Origin: Antedon mediterranea
Taxonomy: Eukaryota; Animalia; Echinodermata
Direction of reading: 5' to 3'
NCBI RefSeq assembly: GCF_964355755.1
Contig: NC_092676.1
Location: forward strand, 10,703,888-10,767,887
Length of the DNA stretch: 64,000 nucleotides
Shown: positions 1 to 12,300 of the stretch, one piece after another
How the letters are laid out: each line of letters begins with the position of its first letter
Numbering within the stretch: the first letter of the stretch is position 1
Translations under genes and position numbers: made by a program
The notes under the pieces: generated by a model
What the model saw: only the letters and a program-made list of their open reading frames with translations
Databases searched by the model: none
Told to the model about the DNA's origin: nothing

Positions 1-87
1 AACCGATATTGAACATATATACCAAGTTTGAAATATTTTTAAATTCCAGAAATATTTTTTCTCGATGTTTTTGTATGTGACTATTTC

Positions 88-2200
88 CCTGTGCTCCCAT
101 TGGTGCCAAATTGGGTCCACTTGAGCACAGTGTAACATACGAAAAGATATTAAAATTTAGTGAATTTTTTCTATTTTATATTTTTACTGTGCTCACTGGC
201 GCGCGCGCCAAATTGGGTTCACGTAAGCACAGTGTATTAACATACGAAAAGATATTAAAATTCAGTGACTTATTTCTATTTTATATTATCACAGTGCCCC
301 CCTGGCTCCAAATCGGGTCCACTTGAGCATAGTGTATATTAAATACGAAAAGATATTAAAATTCAGTGACTTTTTCCATTTATATCACTGTGCTCCACTG
401 GCGCCAAATTAGGTCCACTTGAGCACAGTGTATTAACATACGAAAATATATTAACATTCAATGACTTATTTCTATTTTATATCACTGTGCTCTCCTGGCG
501 CCAAATTGGGTCCACTTGAGCACAGTGTATTAACATACGAAAAGATATTACAATTCAGTGACTTTTTTCTATTTTATATCACTGTGCTCCACTGGCTCCA
601 AATTGGGTCCACTTGAGCACAGTGTATTAACATACGAAAAAATATTAAAATTCAGTGACTTTTTTTCTATTTTATATCACTGTGCTCCCCTGGTTCCAAA
701 TTGTATCCACTTGAGCACAGTGTATTAACATACGAAAAGATATTAAAATGTAGTGACTTATTTCTATTTTATATCACTGTGCTCCCCTAGCTCCAAATTG
801 GGTCCACTTGAGCACAGTGTATTAACATACGAAACGATATTAAAATTCAGTGACTTATTTCTATTTTATATCACTGTGCTCCCCTAGCTTCAAATTGGGT
901 CCACTTGAGCACAGTGTATTAACATACGAAAGGATAGACTTGCCCCAAGTCTGTATTATCTTTTTTTTTTAATTATTTTTTTTTATTTCGACCGCGATTT
1001 TTGTCTGAAAATACAGACTTGTGAAACACGTATAGAAATCGATTTGCAGACCGCAAACATACGATAAGAATGACGTAGGTTATCATACCGTATTTGGCTA
1101 TATGGGGCGGGCGGTATGTGGATTTCGAATCAACCAATGATCATTTTGTTTCAAGATGAAAGAGATCGAGTACGTAGGCCTACCAGTGCTTAATGTACGA
1201 TCGAGACTGTTGAAATATAAAATAGTAATGCCAAGTTGTTTTGTTTATTAATTGTTTAGTCCTTGGCCTAGGCCTCTTTCGTAGGTCCTACTCAACTCGC
1301 ACGTATGACCTGCCAAATAAAACGCCAATGAAGTAGGCCTACATACCACCGGCACACAACAGGGCTACACCACCACACAGAATTCTTGGTGTCAAACCAC
1401 GTGACTTGTGCGTGTTTCCCCAGACGGAGTATCCAAAATCAAGTAGTATACGTATGAAACGCCATATGTGCCAAAATATTTATCTTTTAACTAATATTAA
1501 GACAAAACTCCGTCTGGAACCCAGACTAACGAAAGGATATTAAAATTCAGTGACTTATTTCTATTTTATAGTCACTGTGCTCCACTGGCTCCATACTGGG
1601 TCCACTTCTTGAGCACAGTGTATTAACATACAAAAAGATATTAAAATTCAGTGACTTATTTCTATTTTATATCACTGTGTGCTCCCCTAGCTCCAAATTG
1701 GGTCCAGCTGAGCACAGTGTATTAACATACGAAAAGATATTAAAATTCAGTGACTTATTTCTGTTTTATATCACTGTGCTCCGCTGGCGCCAAATTAGGT
1801 CCACTTGAGCACAGTGTATTAACATACGAAAATATATTAACATTCAGTGAATTATTTCTATTTTATATCACTGTGCTCTCCTGGCGCCAAATTGGGTCCA
1901 CTTGAGCACAATGTATTAACATACGAAAAGATATTAAAATTCAATGACTTATTTCTATTTATATCACTGTGCTACACTGGCTCCAAATTGGGTCCACTTG
2001 AGCACAGTGTATTAACATACGAAAAGATATTAAAATTCAGTGACTTATTTCTATTTTATATCACTGTGCTCCTCACTGGCGCCAAATTGTGTCCACTTGA
2101 GCACAGTGTATTAACATATGAAAAGATATTAAAATTAGTGACTTATTTCTATTTTATATCACTGCGCTCCACTAGTGCTAAATTTGGTCCACTGGAGCAG
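88..2200. repeat. Tandem array of a ~97-bp unit (~16 copies) with an internal hairpin CACTGTGCTC...GAGCACAGTG, interrupted at 935-1528
   Basis: Unit cactgtgctc..ccaaattgggtccacttgagcacagtgtattaacatacgaaaagatattaaaattcagtgacttatttctattttatat recurs (atcactgtgc at 481 and 578). Confidence 0.95.
935..1528. mobile_element. Non-autonomous DNA transposon with 9-bp TSD, TAG termini and terminal hairpins (AcademH-like)
   Basis: TSD acgaaagga at 926-934 and 1529-1537; ends tagacttgccccaagtct... and ...gtctggaacccagacta, each forming its own small hairpin. Confidence 0.8.
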
Positions 2201-2567
2201 CTACCGTAGTACTATTTCTATTTCGTAAGTAAATAAAGGCATAAATGGCGCTCCGTAGAAGTAGAGAATGCTCGAACGTCGAAGCCTCGAGCGAAATAAT
2301 GACGCAAAGATCGTATAGCGGCCGTGGCGCTAATTATAGTAGTAACTTTGAAATATGACGCTCTGAATATACCTCCATCTCGCTACTATTAAGTTCTAGG
2401 CCTAGGCCTAGGCCCTGCAAAAGAAAAGAAGACAAAAAACTTTGTATATTGTAGAGTAGTACTGATAAACATTCAAGGGATAAAAGGCAAGCTTTTACTA
2501 GTTTTTTTCAGAAGAAGGCTAGCTCCCTAACTATAGTATAATCCTTCTCCTACCTACTACTAGTTTT

Positions 2568-3464
2568 GGCGCTAGTTCCGTTTCGCACCTGTCATTTATT
2601 TCGACTCAAAATGTGTTAAGAAACTTTATCGTGAGTACCACACCTTAGAATTAGGCCTCAAAAATACTTTTACGAAGGAGATCACACAAAAAGTAAAAAA
2701 TAAATGCTTTAAATTGATGAATTTACAGACGTGTTTCTCGCACATCGGTTCATCAATTTCGCATACGCCATGTTCAATGTTGTTGTTTCTATGGAGCGCC
2801 AAAGGAGCAATCATAATAGAGGGCTAAAAACTCAATATAATGCGTATATTTAATGCATTTATTGGTGAAAATTACGTTCAATTTTAATATACTGTATTTT
2901 GTCAATGTCAATGCAACAAAACCCTAGGCCTAAATCAGCATCACTACCATGGAGTAATCACTACCTAGCCTAGGCCTAGGCCTAATAAGACTAAGAGGAA
3001 TATTATTTAGACCATTGAGGTATAAAAACTACAGTACATGTAATATGATGATGAATTTGTCGATTTTCATTCTTAAAAGTTAACGAAAACTGCGAAAACC
3101 ATGTACAGTATCAACAGTAACATTTTTTTTTTGCATTGACATTGACAAAATATATTAAAATTGAACGTAATTTTCACCAATAAATGCATTAAATATACGC
3201 ATTATATTGAGTTTTTAGCCCTCTATTATGATTGCTCCTTTGGCGCTCCATAGAAACAACAACATTGAACATGGCGTATGGAACCGATGTGCGAGAAACA
3301 CGTCTGTAAATTCATCAATTTAAAGCATTTATTTTTTACTTTTTGTGTGATCTCCTTCGTAAAAGTATTTTTGAGGCCTAATTCTAAGGTGTGGTACTCA
3401 CGATAAAGTTTCTTAACACATTTTGAGTCGAAATAAATGACAGGTGCGAAACGGAACTAGCGCC
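2568..3464. mobile_element. Foldback MITE, ~350-bp TIRs, 8-bp TSD (GG termini, Merlin-like)
   Basis: ggcgctagttccgtttcgcacctgtc... is mirrored by ...gacaggtgcgaaacggaactagcgcc; TSD ctagtttt at 2560-2567 and 3465-3472. Confidence 0.9.
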
Positions 3465-3569
3465 CTAGTTTTATACTGTGTATGGTAAGTAGCCTAGGCT
3501 AGTGAGTAGTACTGGCTAGGCCTACTAGCTAGCCTAGAGGCCTAGCTAGGTAGGCCTAGTAGGCCTAGC

Positions 3570-5174
3570 CAAAGAATATCAAGAATGATAATCCGCGATT
3601 TTTGCATTAGAAATTTGTAACAGGGAGTCCTCATAAGGGCGGATGTATACAGACTAAATAAAGAAGACTTGATTTAATACAAGATATTATACATGTCACA
3701 TTAAATGAAATAGAATTAGGGCCTAGCTAGTAGGCTATGCAATAATATATTTTCGCCGTGGCTAAAGATACGGTACCGTATTCTAACTTCTGTTTACTAA
3801 AGGTACGGTAAAATTGCATTACGTCATAATCAGCCAATGGGGTGCTGGTACGTGTGTGACGTCATCGTATAAGGACTTGGGATTTTTTTTCATATCGCGT
3901 CTGTTGTTGGTTGTATATATGTAGAGAATTCCTATCGGCGGCGCCAGGCTGCGTGGATGTGTGTGCGCTGCAGATGAGGGTTTTATTTTTATTTATTCCA
4001 AATGGCCTATTTAGGCCTATATTTTTTTAAAACTTTGTTTACAATGGTGACCATAAACAACAAGCAAATGCGGAAAATAAAGGGGCCCTTAAATACTATG
4101 ATTTAGACAGCAGTGTAGCCCCAGGGCTGACGAGTCACAGAAATCAGCGCACACATATGCAGCTGGCCACAGCCTGGCATCGCTTTCCCTAAAACAAACA
4201 AACTCATATAATGAGGTTATACATAGTACGTAGTAAGTATAGGCCTAGGCCTCTTTTAAAACGGTTTTCTCTATTCTAGAATTAAAATCAACATGGCTTT
4301 TCAATAATAATAACAGACGTAGGCTACATTTAGTTTTTGTCACACACGACGGCGATAATAGCGATAAATAAAGCATAAAGAAAATGCGGTTGATCCCTGT
4401 TTTCGCCATACCTCCATGGTTTTCGCGATATGAAAAAAATCCACATAGGTCCTTATACGATGACGTCACACACGTACCAGCACCCCATTGGCTGGTTATG
4501 ACGTAATGCAATTTGACCGTATCTTTAGTAAACAGAAGTTAGAATACGGTACCGTATCTTTAGCCACAGCGATATATTTTGCAATTATAAAACATTTTAT
4601 AAAACATAGTTAACAACAGCCTAGGCCTAGTGTAGGCTACATTCACTTAAATACCATGTTAAATTAGTTCACAAAGAAAGGCCGAACAGCAACAACAAAA
4701 CAACCAAGCGTTTACTAATCTACGGCCGGTAAATTAAGTAATGTTTTTATGATATAGTTTGTATAAAATACATGTTATTAATAGGATACAATGTTAAATT
4801 TCATTTTTTTACCAGAAACAAGTTAAATATAGAAATATTATTAAACTATCCATCATGAAAACGCGTAAACAACAACACGACCGGTAGCGCCCGGTTGAAG
4901 AAGCAAACTGTTTATTCGGCAGTTTTTTCTAAATAAATTGCATGAAATGAACAATTAAATATCCAAACAACATTTAACATGATGATTGGCATGTAGTTAA
5001 TAACATGTTATCATGAAAACACTACCGGTGGTCCAGGCTTAGATTAGTGTGACCGTCACAAAAAGTTGTATACATTCTGACTTACTGTATGGCGGCGCCC
5101 TACTGCATGGACAATATTACTGTTTGTTACAGGGAAAACCGCGGATTACTCATTCTTGTGATACATATTCTTTG
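3570..5174. mobile_element. P-element-like MITE (CAAAGAATAT...ATATTCTTTG, 7-bp TSD)
   Basis: TSD gcctagc at 3563-3569 and 5175-5181; body homologous to copies at about 37020-38090 and 38145-39325. Confidence 0.75.
3754..4571. mobile_element. MITE with ~145-bp TIRs and 9-bp TSD (MULE-like), nested in the P-like MITE
   Basis: TIRs cgccgtggctaaagatacggtacc... / ...ggtaccgtatctttagccacagcg; TSD atatatttt at 3745-3753 and 4572-4580; empty site ataatatattttgcaatt at about 37411. Confidence 0.9.
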
Positions 5175-7562
5175 GCCTAGCCTAGTAGAGGCTTGGGGCC
5201 TAGCTAGAAAGGAATGATTGACAGACGATCAGGGGCATGGATGGAGGATCGGGGCCAGACAATCAGGCTTATTCCAAGATATGATCGGGTACCAACGGTA
5301 TAGACGTTCGGGCCCAATATAATTATTAGAATTTGGCCCTACTAAGTACTACAGTAGCTACTAACTAGCTAGGCCCATTATAAAAATAAAGGAAAGATGA
5401 TCGGGTCCACGAAAACGAATTGAATTTATAGTTGTTTGTTGTGCACTCCGGCCATAATTCAATTTGGCTTCCTGTGTAATGAGCCGTTTGTATGAAGTGC
5501 CACTGGCTACTTTTTTAATTTATGCTACAGTTATCATAAATTAAAGTTAGCAAGAAATTAATTTTTTTCTAATCATCAATTTTTATGCTACTGTTATAAA
5601 AAAAAAATGCTTTTGTAATACTATCTTCAGTTATCTTTATGTTTCTTATAAATACAAAGAATCTCGGCAATTTAAAGTATATTATTTTTATGACATGCTA
5701 AATTAGTGGCCTTAATGCTAGCTATAGTTTCACAGCCAAAAAAACATGATTTTGAAGTTTAAAAGTTTATTGATTCAAAAGCATATTAATTAATTAACTA
5801 ATTACTGTTGGAAGGAAGGGGTTAATCAGTTTACTAATGTTAGGCTAAACATTTAGAAATATAGAGATATATTAGAGAAAATGTAATTAAAAAAAATAAA
5901 ATAAAATAAATAAAAAATTATGGATCTTTCTCGCCCGAACTCGATTTAATATACTATTAATTATGCACTAAATATAGTGTATTTTTACATGAAAAAATAT
6001 AGGAATTTGTTGTTGCCCCAAGAGCTTTGGGGTTTATTTGAATATAACATTTTTGAAATCAAGATTTAAAATGAGCCTGTACAAATCAGGCGAACGAAAT
6101 TATATTTTGGGTATTGAAAAAGAACTCGAAATCGAAACTCATCGTACGTTCAAAATGTATCCATCGTTTCGTGTGTATTTGCAAATTATTTAATAGGAGG
6201 GTTATTAAATAATATTATAAACTAGTTAGTATTTATATTTTGAGGTATTTATGAGAAATCAAGATTTAAAATGAGAGAGCTATGTACAAATCCGGCGAAT
6301 AAATTACGGCAACTTGCTGAGTAAAATAAACTTCCATAAAAGTAAGCTTGTTTTGCAGTTATTTACCTCCGCCAAGGAGGTATATGTAATCGGTAGGGTG
6401 TGTTTGTTTGTTTAATTACAAGATCTTTACCAAAATGAATACAGATAGATAATTTTTGGACCATGGTCCCAATTCTGGACCACTTTTTAGTATACTTTTC
6501 AGACCTGCTAGTGTTAAAAGATAGGACAGAATTTTTCAAAAACCGGCGAGCAGTCTTAAAGTAACAAGTAAACTGGAATTGCATTTTCTCGAGAACTACT
6601 TGTCCAAAAAACTTCATTTTTGTACAAAAGGCAAGAGTTATAATTTGTGATTTGTAATTTTAAAACATATTTTGCTTTAATGTGCATGTTTTTTTGATGC
6701 GAGTTGTTTAAAAACACTATTTCTTTTCAAATTCACTCGTTTGATTTTCGCATTGCTGTTCTATTGTTAGTCAACTGAAGCTATTGTTAATTGAAAGGCT
6801 TGTTACATAACCATTACACCAAACTCGCATACACATGCTTGTAGTGAAATTATATTATACAGTATTAACAATTTTTTGTTTATTAATTTCATACATGCAT
6901 TTCAAATTCATAAATTTCCCGTCCGCGACATTTTAGGTGTTTTTTTTACATTTATTTTAAAAGTAAAGATGCAAAAATCTTAATATTATTTCATTGTCTT
7001 CTCCTGAGGACTATATCTCACACGGAAAAAAAACGAAACTGTTACAGAAATAACATAGGCACTGTGACAGGTTACTTATTTTGTTGAAAATTCATATTGT
7101 TTTTTGGATCCTAAAATCACCAAAAAAAAAATGATTGTTTTCCATGGCCAACGGTGTCTTCTTATTTACTAATACCGTAGTTCCTCGGGTATAATCCCAC
7201 CCCCTTGTACGTGAAATTTGCCAGAATTTGGGAGGTGGGACTATACCCGGGGATTTCCCGGTGCATGAACTGAAAATGACGATATTTCTTCTAGCTACGA
7301 TTTATGTATACGGTAGCTATATTCCGATGTAGGCCTAACAATTAGACGGCCATCTAGGCCTAATTGGTCTTACCTGTGCTATGTCTACCGTATAGATTTT
7401 CCCCCCCAGATTTCTACTTTAAAAATACCCTAAAATATGATCTAGCCTAGGCCTAGCTTCCTAAATAATATCGACATGAACTCATACAAGTTCTCCGTCT
7501 CTCCGGTTCCCTCATGCTCGAGCTCTGTGTAAATCGCATGTTGTTGCATGTGACACGAACTT

Positions 7563-8450
7563 CAGGGGCCGATTGCAATAAAGGTCTTAACCGCGGTCTT
7601 AGACTTAAGCCCAAGATGAAACCCTTAGCAACGATGGTCTTAGATTTAAGACCATTGCAATAAGAAGTCTTAGGCTTAGAATTTCAGCGCCGTGGTCTTA
7701 GATTCTAAGCCTCTTCCAGGCAGGCTTACGCTAACCGCGCGACGTGAGCGCTCCTAGGCTAGCTTGTAATATCATGGCGAAATTAACTTCTTTAAATACT
7801 GCTGTGAATTGATTTTATGATACTAGTGTAGAAAAGGGGTATTGAACTATAAGACATGTGTATTATTATTTTTGTCTACCAATTGTTTCAGTAGATAAAA
7901 TCTGTATAGGCCCACACCTACCTGACGATCAATTACTATTAGCGGTCCACAACCGCACCAACAAGCTGTACGCATATTGTCCATACGCGGCCTAGCGCTA
8001 CACTATTTTGACCAAGAAAAGACTACATATAGTAGCATATTTAAAATTTATTTTGTTTGAAGTATTTGTTTTTAAACTTTAAGCATGTATTAATTAACCA
8101 ATATTTACTATCAAATTACATACAATTTTGTTGCCAATATTTTTAATTATTTGCTAAAATCTCCTAGTATTTACGTAATCTTAACGCTATTGAATAGGCA
8201 CTGCAGTGTGTCCATTCATGCATTAAAATGGCCTCAATATATACTACTGAGGAGCTTGTCGCTACTCCTTATTGTTAACTTACCCTATTTGCACTTGTTG
8301 GTATAGCACCCTCATTTATCGGTAACTATAGGCTGGTTTGATTGTTTGAAATTCTTTACTAATAAAGTCTCAGTTAAGACCGCTATATTGCAATCGACTT
8401 TGCTGAGAGGCTTAACTAAGACAAAGTCTTTATATTGCAATCCGCCCCTG
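7563..8450. mobile_element. PIF/Harbinger-like MITE
   Basis: Imperfect TIRs caggggccgattgcaataaaggtctt / aagtctttatattgcaatccgcccctg with subterminal taagacc/ggtctta repeats. Confidence 0.6.
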
Positions 8451-9341
8451 CACAAGCTCCGGTCGGTATAGAAGGCGGTGTTTTTTTTTAAGGTAATCAA
8501 GCATGCAGTTAGTATAAACAAGGAAGAATGTACACGGCGAAAGGATGTACAGAACGCGACGAAGGTTGTATTCAACTTCACGATGACCAATGTTTGATGG
8601 GTCAGCCAAATTTATTAAAATTACTTACTTATTTTTTGGTGAGAATTTGTTTTAAAAAAATCGACGTCGGCCTAGCTAGCTACAGTAACCCTAGGCCCAC
8701 CTCTGTCCGGCCCTGTCATAATGTTAAATTATACACTGGGACTTTGCCCAGGGATAAGCTTGCGTGCTAAGGTAATCGTAAATTCATGAATTACAAAATT
8801 TGGCAAAATTCTGCTATAAAAATCAGGAAGATTTTTTTCAGTAGTTAGGGAGTTTAACCTAATGTAATAACTGTCTGGTGACTCCCTAGAAGGTGAAAAA
8901 AAATGGATGGTGGATAATTTTTGCTATAGCATGAAAATAAAACTCTGAAGTTGAATAAAATTACTAGAAACGTAAAATTCAAGTTATATTACCTATATTT
9001 AGTCATCTGATAACATTTTTTACCACACCGTTTATTTTTCAAAGTTTTTTAAAAATGCCTCTCTATTTACAACATTTGTGTACAAAAGAATAGAGTTTTT
9101 ACTGTGTAGTTTGGAGTATCTCCCCACTGATAAGAAAGTGCTTATTTTCAACAAGCTTGTGTAACACAAATGAAATCCTCAAAATTATGAAACATAGGGA
9201 AACTATAGATCAATATTTATTGGAATGTATGATCAATAGAAATTTTTTGCCCGCACCTGACCTTTAAAACAGTGGCAATCTTTTTAAAAACAAAATAACA
9301 TTAACAATGACATTTTTTTTATTTTGCAGAAATTTTGCTCA

Positions 9342-12300
9342 AATGGCAGCTTTTGAAACTAATTCGGAGTTCGCTAAATTGAAGTCTGATCTCAGTCGAC
9401 ACTTTGATGGTAACAGAATTCGTTGGTTGAAATTCTGTTTATTTGACCACTTAACTATAGGGGACCTTACAGAAGCAAATTCTATTGGAAATGATTTTTT
9501 CAATAAGCTAAATGACAAATGGGGATATTGCACCTAATAATGTTAACATTTTATTGGAGGTTGCTAAACTATCCAATTTGAAGAAAGCCGAAGATCTTGT
9601 AGTCCAGTATATTAAAGATAATAATGCTGAAAATACTGACACAGAAAAGGTATCCTCTCATCGAAAACAGATGTTTAAAACTTTGCAAAATGCTAGCCCG
9701 GATGCATTGAAGAGGATTATTGGTCACTATGATCTGGCAATGTATGAATACACAAATATATGGGATGTAGTATTTAGATTAGAGACTGACAAACTGTTAT
9801 CAGATGAACAAAACAAAAGAAACATATTCATTAGTCTTCTTCAACAAAGTGGTATGTATTTTATAATTAAAAATCTGTTATTGTGATTTTTTTAATTAAA
9901 TAAAGTGGAATATTTCATCACCAAATCTTCGGAAAAATTATTCTTGGTTTACATTGCACATATCTTCCCTAACTGAACTGTGAAGTGATGACATCATCCC
10001 TATTAAATGGCTAGCATTTCCTCTATCCCTTGATAAACTGTGAGGTGATGATGTTTGGTGATCATATCATATCATGGTCATCCATAGTAGAATCTAAACT
10101 ATCTATACTTAATAAGTTAGTAATATTGTATAATATTGTAACTTTTTTCATTAGGGCCGATGAAATTTGATTTAAATACTGTATAATCTTAAAGATATAT
10201 TTGCTTTTTTTAGATGATAACGTAACATCCAATAGAAAAAGAGCAAGACAAGGTATTTAAATTCAAACAATTTAAAGTTGTTATAGCACATTTCAACTAT
10301 CAAATTTGTTATTGCTGTATAAAATGTGTTTGATTGAAATTATTGTAAAAAAACAATTTTGTTTTTCCAGGGAACAGTGGGGATGAAGATGATGGAGCAT
10401 CAGGTTCCAAACATAAACAAAAAAATATTTTTAAAAATTTTTATACCTGATAAAATGGTTTTTTTTTCCCTAAAAAAATGCCAGACATTTCATCAGTTTA
10501 ATTAAGAATCATTGATGCAACCTACTTGGAAATGTACCATTTTTTAAGATATCAAACTGTTCTCATCAGCACAGACAACCACTTTTGTACAAGAGAAACT
10601 CATAATACTCGCAATAATTTAAATATGTTTAGATCTATTACCATGTCTCAGGTATCTTGCATGTGGATTTTGACCCACTGTAAGTCTGTTTTATTTATTT
10701 TATATTACAGAAAAAATAGAAGCATACCTGCTAAACAGACAAGAGACATTCTTCCGCAATGCCACGACTTTTACACCGGCAATATTGAATAAGAGATACA
10801 GAGTCGACATTTCTGAAATATTCACAGAGTTGGACTTACTTAAAGAAAATGACAGAAAGAAAGAGATTCAACCAACAACGTTGAAAGATGTGTTAGCGAT
10901 AATCAAATCTAAACCAGATTGTAAAGTTCTCATAGATGGAGAGGGTGGTATAGGTAAAACAACTTTATTAAAGTACATAGCATACAATGCAGCTACTGAT
11001 AAATTATTTGAAGGTAAATTTTTATTTCTGTTGAATGTAAGAGATTTACAGAAAAGAGATGGAGTCTTAGATCTCATTGCTAAGCAAATCAATATAAAAG
11101 ATTTTAGTTTGAAAACAGAGCTTAAAGAAGATTTAACATTAATAAAACAATTCATAGCAAAACATGATGATAAATTTGTGTTGTTGTTGGATGGATTAGA
11201 TGAATTAAGATTTGAGAATAAATGTGTGATTCAGCTTTTTAGGAAGGAAAAATTGATGAATAGCGTAGTGATACTTACTTCTCGTACAGAAAACATAAAT
11301 GAATTCATAAATGCATGTGACTTACATGTAAGAGTAAAAGGATTTGGGAAGAAGAGTATAGAAAAGTACATTGAAAAACATTTTGAGTATTTTGGAAACC
11401 CAGAACTTGGAAAATCTCTAAGAAATGAGCTTGAAATTGGACAATATAGTTGGCCACCTAAACATCCAGAAATATGTTCAATGAGCAAGAATCCAATGTT
11501 ACTCCTTACAATTTGTGTTATATGGGAAGATTCACAAAATATTTCTAATTATAAATCTGATCTTTTCAAAGAAATCTTTCGAAGTATTTTGAATCAGTTC
11601 ATTGAAAAACAGCAACACAAATTTATTTCAAATTTTGAGGAGGCTCCAGAGGAGTATGTACTTGCTATGATTCTGTTAGGTAAATGCATGTATCAAAGCT
11701 TGAAAATAAATCAACTTTCAATAAACAAAAAAGATTTGAAAGCTAGATGTAACAAAAATATTGTTGATATGGCAATAAATCTTGGGTTTGTTATGAAGAT
11801 GTGCCAATTTCAAAATCTAGCTTTGAAGATATTTATACGCCACCTCACAAGTTGATTAATGAATCGTTGGTAGGATTTTATTTATACAAAGTAGTTGAAA
11901 GTAAAGGTATTAAGAATAAATGCACTGATGATTTAAAGCTACTACTTGCACCATTGGATGAAAATGAATGGAAGGTAATACGAGAAAGTGATCATTTCAA
12001 AATGACAAGAGAGTTTGCAATAGGGTTTCTTGGTGCTGATGCTGGTAGTTTTTTAAAGCATTGGATTTCAAATGATTTATCAACATATCGATCTTTGGTT
12101 ACATGCTTCAAATGTGTTAAGCATCATCACGTGGATGCTGTGGAAAAAACATTAAATAATCACATTAGCACTACAACTTTAGAAATAAAACAACAAATAC
12201 AAGATATTTCTGATTCGTTAGGAATGTTCATGCAACATTTTCTACCACATGAAGAAACTAGTGAACATGTTATACATCGTATAAGGCAATTTCATTCTTT

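Larger units (their letters stand above)
1..2297 (-). mobile_element. Probable Helentron/HINE-type non-autonomous element hosting the 97-bp array (partial, runs off the window)
   Basis: The array is followed by a short unique segment ending in the inverted repeat gctcga(2270)...tcgagc(2292) then aaataa, which reads as a TT-flanked HINE-like 5' end on the minus strand. Confidence 0.5.

Noticed and set aside
88-2200. CRISPR-like array (regular repeats with a palindrome)
   Set aside because: Whole units repeat with no unique spacers, there are no cas genes, and the context is eukaryotic. ORFs 111-326 and 1847-2209 are translations of the satellite.
5340-7260. Possible further DNA-transposon remnants (short duplication at 6055/6256, terminal-like motifs near 7175)
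   Set aside because: No matched termini or TSD could be established by eye.
9505-9540. Programmed ribosomal frameshift in the NLR
   Set aside because: No canonical slippery heptamer or downstream structure is evident. Mutation or assembly error is simpler.
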